Below, piece by piece: positions 59,609 through 64,000 of a stretch of DNA of 64,000 bases. How positions within the stretch are numbered: position 1 is the first letter of the stretch; each line of letters starts with the position of its first letter. This stretch comes from an uncultured delta proteobacterium (GTDB lineage Bacteria > Desulfobacterota > RBG-13-43-22): contig CAWBOS010000011.1 in NCBI GenBank assembly GCA_963790475.1, forward strand, positions 64,001-128,000. Reading direction: 5' to 3'. The translations under genes and the position numbers were made by a program. Under the pieces are notes generated by a model. The model ran no database searches, was not told the DNA's origin, and saw only the letters and a list, made by a program, of their open reading frames with translations.

Positions 59609-61489
59609 TTATATTATCTCTTTGGTCAGAAGAATATCGGCCTTGATATGATTCATCGTAAACACTCCGGGCAGATATCGGTTGCGGTCGATGGCTTGAT
59701 CACCCAGATAAGGTTGAAGGTACTGGAGGGTATGATCTATCATCTTTTCATAAACGGCATCATTATGGAAGTAGGAGGGAAAATCAACGATGGCATTGTT
59801 GAAGACCGAGTAAATAGGGGAGTTCTTATAATCCAAAGCCTCCAGATGACTGAAGGTGGCTATAATCTGCCCATCGAAAGTACCCCATAACTTTAAAAAG
59901 GAATTGAGGTGGGGTGCCGGGAGCTTATGGATCTCCCTGAATATGATGAGGTCGAAATAGGCAAAGTCCTTGATATACCATTGATCGCTTGAAACGTTTC
60001 GGCAAGGGACTACACATAGGGTCTTGGAATTCAAATCAAAGCTTTCCGAGTTTATCAGTTTGCCCAGTATAAAATGGGCATATCCGGCGTCCTCATAGCG
60101 CAAGACCATCCTTTTAACCTGCCCGCGGTCGAAATTTCGGAATACCTGAATCAGATATTCAAACCGGATATCCCTTCCCAGATAACTTTCAATGGGAATG
60201 AACCCATCCGGTAATAAAGGCTTGGAGAGGGTTCCTTTCAATTTCAGATTGCGTAAGATGGTTTTAGTATCAGTAACCGATTGCTCCAGAAACTGATCGA
60301 TCTTTCTATCATCCATCCCCCGCCCTTTTAACCTTTTGGAAAGGGCAAAACCGCTTTCCCGGTCTTTGTCCATAAGAAATTGAATAGCCAGGAAGGTCAG
60401 GCAGGCCAGGTAGGAAAAGATAAGCCCGTCCTTGTTCAATGTTATTTTCAAAGCTTCCGAGGCGAAATAGTGGGGATTAAGGGTGTGATGGGCCAGGATA
60501 TAACCATTGAAAAGATCCCCCAAGGTGTTAAGACCTTTTTCAAGGTAGTACTGGTTTATCTGGAGGGGGTCCACGGCGAAAAATGCCCTTTCATACATCC
60601 GGGAAAATTCTGAATACAACCGGGAGGGGGATTTGTAATAGGTGTCCAGGATACCGCTGCTCTCCTTAATCAACAGGTCGACCCCGGTGGTTTCCAGGGA
60701 AAGAAGGGTGCTGCCTTCCTGTTGAATATCCTGCAATCCGAAAAAGCGGCATAAATTTTTAAACACCACGGATTTCAGGACATTAAACGTCTCATAATTT
60801 TCAAAAAGAGGCGTGGAGGCCTCCGATTGAAAAACCCTTTTATTAATATGGTCCTGAATAATGTCGCCCACCTTGGAAAGCCCCAGAATGGTAATCGCAA
60901 AATCAACCCCCATCTCTTGGGGCTCTTCCCGCCTCTGTAAACCGATCGCCCTGGCGATTAATTCCTCTTTAAAGGTTTTTTCTTTTTCGCCTTTCTGGTC
61001 TTCCTCCCCGTCCTTTATCTCGGGCTGGATCTCCATTTCCTGCAGGCTGCTGATCTCGTCGATATATCGGCCTATCTTCCTTATATCCGGCTCAGAACTA
61101 TCTACCTCCATGAGCAGATTGATCATGCCAATCAATCCCTCGTCCTTTTTATATTGAGCCATGGCCTTATCCAGGTGGATCTTCATCTGAGCCGGGGCGA
61201 TGATTTCTTTGGCCCTTTTTATGATTTGAATAAATAATGCCGGATCATTGAAAGAGGTGGCTGATTGCAATCCAAGAAAAGTTTTGTCCTGCCAACGAAT
61301 GTTGGCCTTAATTTCCTGACCGAAGATGGGAATTGTTAGGGTGGGGTCTTCAGGGACAAAGCCGGGGGCTTTCTTTACTTTCAGGCCGTTTTTACTGATC
61401 TCAATGATGGTCCCGATCCCTTCCAGGGGGATCTCATCGATCAGATATCGATCATCCTTTCTTCGATTCAGGGGCCGCTCTCTTTCCAT
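59609..61489 (-). CDS. PilZ-domain protein with HDOD-like and degenerate AAA-like regions
   Basis: RRKDDR and EISKNG PilZ-like motifs; AITILGL..V..I; FREIHKLP. Confidence 0.65.
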   Translation of the reverse strand: MERERPLNRRKDDRYLIDEIPLEGIGTIIEISKNGLKVKKAPGFVPEDPTLTIPIFGQEIKANIRWQDKTFLGLQSATSFNDPALFIQIIKRAKEIIAPAQMKIHLDKAMAQYKKDEGLIGMINLLMEVDSSEPDIRKIGRYIDEISSLQEMEIQPEIKDGEEDQKGEKEKTFKEELIARAIGLQRREEPQEMGVDFAITILGLSKVGDIIQDHINKRVFQSEASTPLFENYETFNVLKSVVFKNLCRFFGLQDIQQEGSTLLSLETTGVDLLIKESSGILDTYYKSPSRLYSEFSRMYERAFFAVDPLQINQYYLEKGLNTLGDLFNGYILAHHTLNPHYFASEALKITLNKDGLIFSYLACLTFLAIQFLMDKDRESGFALSKRLKGRGMDDRKIDQFLEQSVTDTKTILRNLKLKGTLSKPLLPDGFIPIESYLGRDIRFEYLIQVFRNFDRGQVKRMVLRYEDAGYAHFILGKLINSESFDLNSKTLCVVPCRNVSSDQWYIKDFAYFDLIIFREIHKLPAPHLNSFLKLWGTFDGQIIATFSHLEALDYKNSPIYSVFNNAIVDFPSYFHNDAVYEKMIDHTLQYLQPYLGDQAIDRNRYLPGVFTMNHIKADILLTKEII

Positions 61490-61601
61490 GGCCGGTGCCT
61501 CCCGGTATTGAAAGGAGTTTGAAGAAAACTCGTGGAGAATGGTTACTTATTAAACAGGCTCTGTCAAGGGGAAAAAGGTCTCCTTCGGTCTTGAAGGACT
61601 A

Positions 61602-61745
61602 GAGACCTTTGAAAAACATCCCCTTTTGCGCAATCCCCGCGTCAGACTCAAATTTCAATCCTCGAAATACTAATTGTCTTCCGGTGGTTAAAATATTTGT
61701 CTTCGTTGACCTTGGGCAAAAATTGGAATATTTTTCAAAGGTCTC
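61602..61745. mobile_element. 144-bp MITE with IS5-like ends
   Basis: Perfect 15-bp TIR GAGACCTTTGAAAAA / TTTTTCAAAGGTCTC, with ACTA on both sides (4-bp target duplication). Confidence 0.85.
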
Positions 61746-61790
61746 ACTAATTAGGGTTCAATCCACTAAGGTCTTAGGACTTAACCGGTT

Positions 61791-62792
61791 CTAAGCCGGG
61801 ACAAACTCTGCCGGCCGGGCTTCCTCCAGGGAAATGGACTCTGTTGGGCAGGTCACCAGACAGAGACCACAGCCCATACACTTCTCAGGATTGACAACCG
61901 CGGTATCCCCTTCCCCCTCCATACTGATCGCCTCGAAATAACATCGATCCAGGCAGGATTCACATGAGGTGCATTCTTCAGAATCCACTTTGGCCCTGAA
62001 CCGGCTCGGCACGACGAATTTTCCCAAGCCGGTCCGGACCGAAGGCCAGTTCAGACAACAATCGCTGCAGCAGTTACAAATCACATGGCCCAAGGTCCTC
62101 TTGTTTCCGGTGACGTGGATCAGTCCCTCCTCTTCGCACATCTTCATCATCTGGAGGGCTTCCTCCTTTTCCAGCTTTCGACCGGTTCCGCGTTCTATCG
62201 AGTAATCGGCCGCCTTGTCGATCTGCACGCAGACCTCAATGGGCTTGCCGCATTCTCCGTCTATGGCCCGGCAGGAGCAGGGGGTAACTGCCAGGTTTCT
62301 GGCCTCGGCAATAATGCTCTTGACATCGTCGAAAGCCAGGATTTGAGTCTCGTTCTGGACGGACACATTGACCGGGATCACACGGATCACCGCCGAGGGC
62401 AGCATTTGCTCTAACTTCCGGCTGTATTCATCGAACTCGTTTTTCATGAAGGCTTTCCACAGGTCCAGCATCTTCCGAGGCGCATTAACAATAACTGCTG
62501 TGGAATCATGCATCTGAAGTACTTGCCTGACCCGATAATATCGGGTTCCGTCCGCTTTTTTCGACTTAAAGAGCAGACCCTTTTTGAAAAGCGGGTCAAT
62601 GGTCGCCTCAACCTCTTTCTCCTTCAGGCCGGTTTTTTGGGCGAGTTCCTGGATGGTTGCCGGTGGTGCGGCAGCCAACAGGACTTTGGCTTCTTTTTCA
62701 TCGGCTAAGGTTTCAAAAATTCCGGGAATGTATTTCGAGCCCCCGGCCCCAACTGCTTCCGCCAGTTTTTGATACAATGTTTCTTCTGCCAT
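61791..62792 (-). CDS. 4Fe-4S dicluster protein (paralog of 3..974)
   Basis: PCSCR, C..P.EVC, CNCC.DCC, two CxxCxxCxxxC motifs. Confidence 0.88.
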   Translation of the reverse strand: MAEETLYQKLAEAVGAGGSKYIPGIFETLADEKEAKVLLAAAPPATIQELAQKTGLKEKEVEATIDPLFKKGLLFKSKKADGTRYYRVRQVLQMHDSTAVIVNAPRKMLDLWKAFMKNEFDEYSRKLEQMLPSAVIRVIPVNVSVQNETQILAFDDVKSIIAEARNLAVTPCSCRAIDGECGKPIEVCVQIDKAADYSIERGTGRKLEKEEALQMMKMCEEEGLIHVTGNKRTLGHVICNCCSDCCLNWPSVRTGLGKFVVPSRFRAKVDSEECTSCESCLDRCYFEAISMEGEGDTAVVNPEKCMGCGLCLVTCPTESISLEEARPAEFVPA

Positions 62793-63300
62793 TGGATTGT
62801 TTCTCCTTCTTTTTTATAATGTTTGTTAGAGAAATTTCAAAATCGAATATTGTTAACCCAAAGTTTCTGTAAAATAGGCCTTATCCCCAAGTATCCTTTC
62901 CGGATCAGGTCCTTTTTAATCTCCGGGAAATTGGCTGGAATTTCCCTTTTTAAAAAAGACTTAGGTTTCCGGATAATGGCCGGGTGGGATTTGATATAAA
63001 CATGCCGGTGATCCGAGGCCAGCCAAAGCAGACCGGCCATTCCTCGTGAAATATTCTCCCAACTATTAATTGTTTCCAGGATAAAATCAAGATATTCTTT
63101 TTCAGGAAGAAAAAGGGGTTTTTTGTATATGAAAAATTTTGATATCGTAGTCATTTCTGGAGTGAATATCATGAATCTAAAAAGGTTTTAAGGTTTCAAC
63201 TTTCAAATTGACAAGGCATAAGATAGTAGAGTACATTTTGGCAGTATTAAATTATGGTTAAACTATTTCAAGGGGTCAAGGGATCAAAAGACGGGATGAC

Positions 63301-64000
63301 ATGAAGAACATTTTTGGACCGGTACCCTCCCGCCGGTTGGGATTTTCCCTGGGGGTGGATATCATCCCCTATAAAACCTGCTCATTTGACTGCATTTATT
63401 GTGAGTTGGGGAGAACCGACTGCAAAACCATTGAACCCGTTGAAGTGATACAACCGGATGACGTTCTGAAGGAATTGGACCAGGTATTGTCCGCCTCTCC
63501 CTTGACATTGGATTTTATCACCGTTTCGGGATCGGGGGAGCCGACCTTGCATCCCCAGCTGGGCTTGATCATCAAAGAGATCAAAAAAATGGGATCGGTG
63601 CCCGTTGCCCTGCTCACTAACGGTTCCCTGCTTTTTAACGATGAAGTCCTGGAAAGGGTTCTGGCGGCCGATGTAGTCGTCCCATCCCTGGATGCGGCGG
63701 ATCGGGTTGTTTTTCAAACCGTCAATCGCCCTCATCCGTCTTTGAGCTTTGACCAGTTGATTGACGGTTTGATCAAGCTGGGAAAATCCAAAGGTCCACG
63801 GATCTGGCTGGAAGTGCTGCTTCTTCGGGGGATTAACGATACCCCGGAACAGATTAAAGGTTTTGGACAATATATTGAAAAAATCAATCCGGAAAAAATA
63901 CACCTCAACACTGTAGTTCGCCCTCCGGTAGAAGATTACGCCGTCCCGTTGTCGGACGGGCGTTTGAAAGAGATCCAAAAAACCTGGGGACCTTGGGCTG
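63301..64000 (+). CDS. Radical SAM protein (COG0731-like); runs off the window
   Basis: MKNIFGPVPSRRLGFSLGVD..P.K.CSFDCIYC, SGSGEPTL, LTNGS, SLDA, NRP. Confidence 0.9.
   Translation, partial: MKNIFGPVPSRRLGFSLGVDIIPYKTCSFDCIYCELGRTDCKTIEPVEVIQPDDVLKELDQVLSASPLTLDFITVSGSGEPTLHPQLGLIIKEIKKMGSVPVALLTNGSLLFNDEVLERVLAADVVVPSLDAADRVVFQTVNRPHPSLSFDQLIDGLIKLGKSKGPRIWLEVLLLRGINDTPEQIKGFGQYIEKINPEKIHLNTVVRPPVEDYAVPLSDGRLKEIQKTWGPWA

Noticed and set aside
62837-63172. 111-aa ORF between divergent genes
   Set aside because: AT-rich divergent promoter region; no recognisable motif.

Overview
About 50% GC bacterial chromosome, consistent with an anaerobic Desulfobacterota/deltaproteobacterium (inferred from gene content only). 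Main blocks: (1) a cstA operon with a small membrane protein and two single-domain ArsA/Get3-type ATPases, plus a second small-protein paralog and a CxxC protein nearby; (2) a long minus-strand CoA-dependent catabolic cluster with a Liv-type ABC transporter, whose adjacent XRE-cupin regulator is split by a 2,443-bp tyrosine recombinase + IS91-type HUH transposase element; (3) an IS110 inserted at a CT core inside a palindromic repeat, with a predictable bridge RNA and circle-junction promoter; (4) glnA followed by mvhD-metV-metF and a split three-gene glutamate synthase; (5) accessory genes: two Pif1-like helicases (one WYL-fused with an internal stop), toxin-antitoxin modules with attC-like remnants, a UxxC DsbA-like selenoprotein, MITEs and many 7-nt-periodic palindromes. 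Best candidates for undescribed systems: the recombinase/HUH element, whose two ends rebuild an attC-like hairpin and which inserted at a G|AT site, and the CstA/dual-ArsA module, where one ATPase has a natural switch-I Asp-to-Asn change. All calls come from reading motifs by eye; no searches or folding programs were run.
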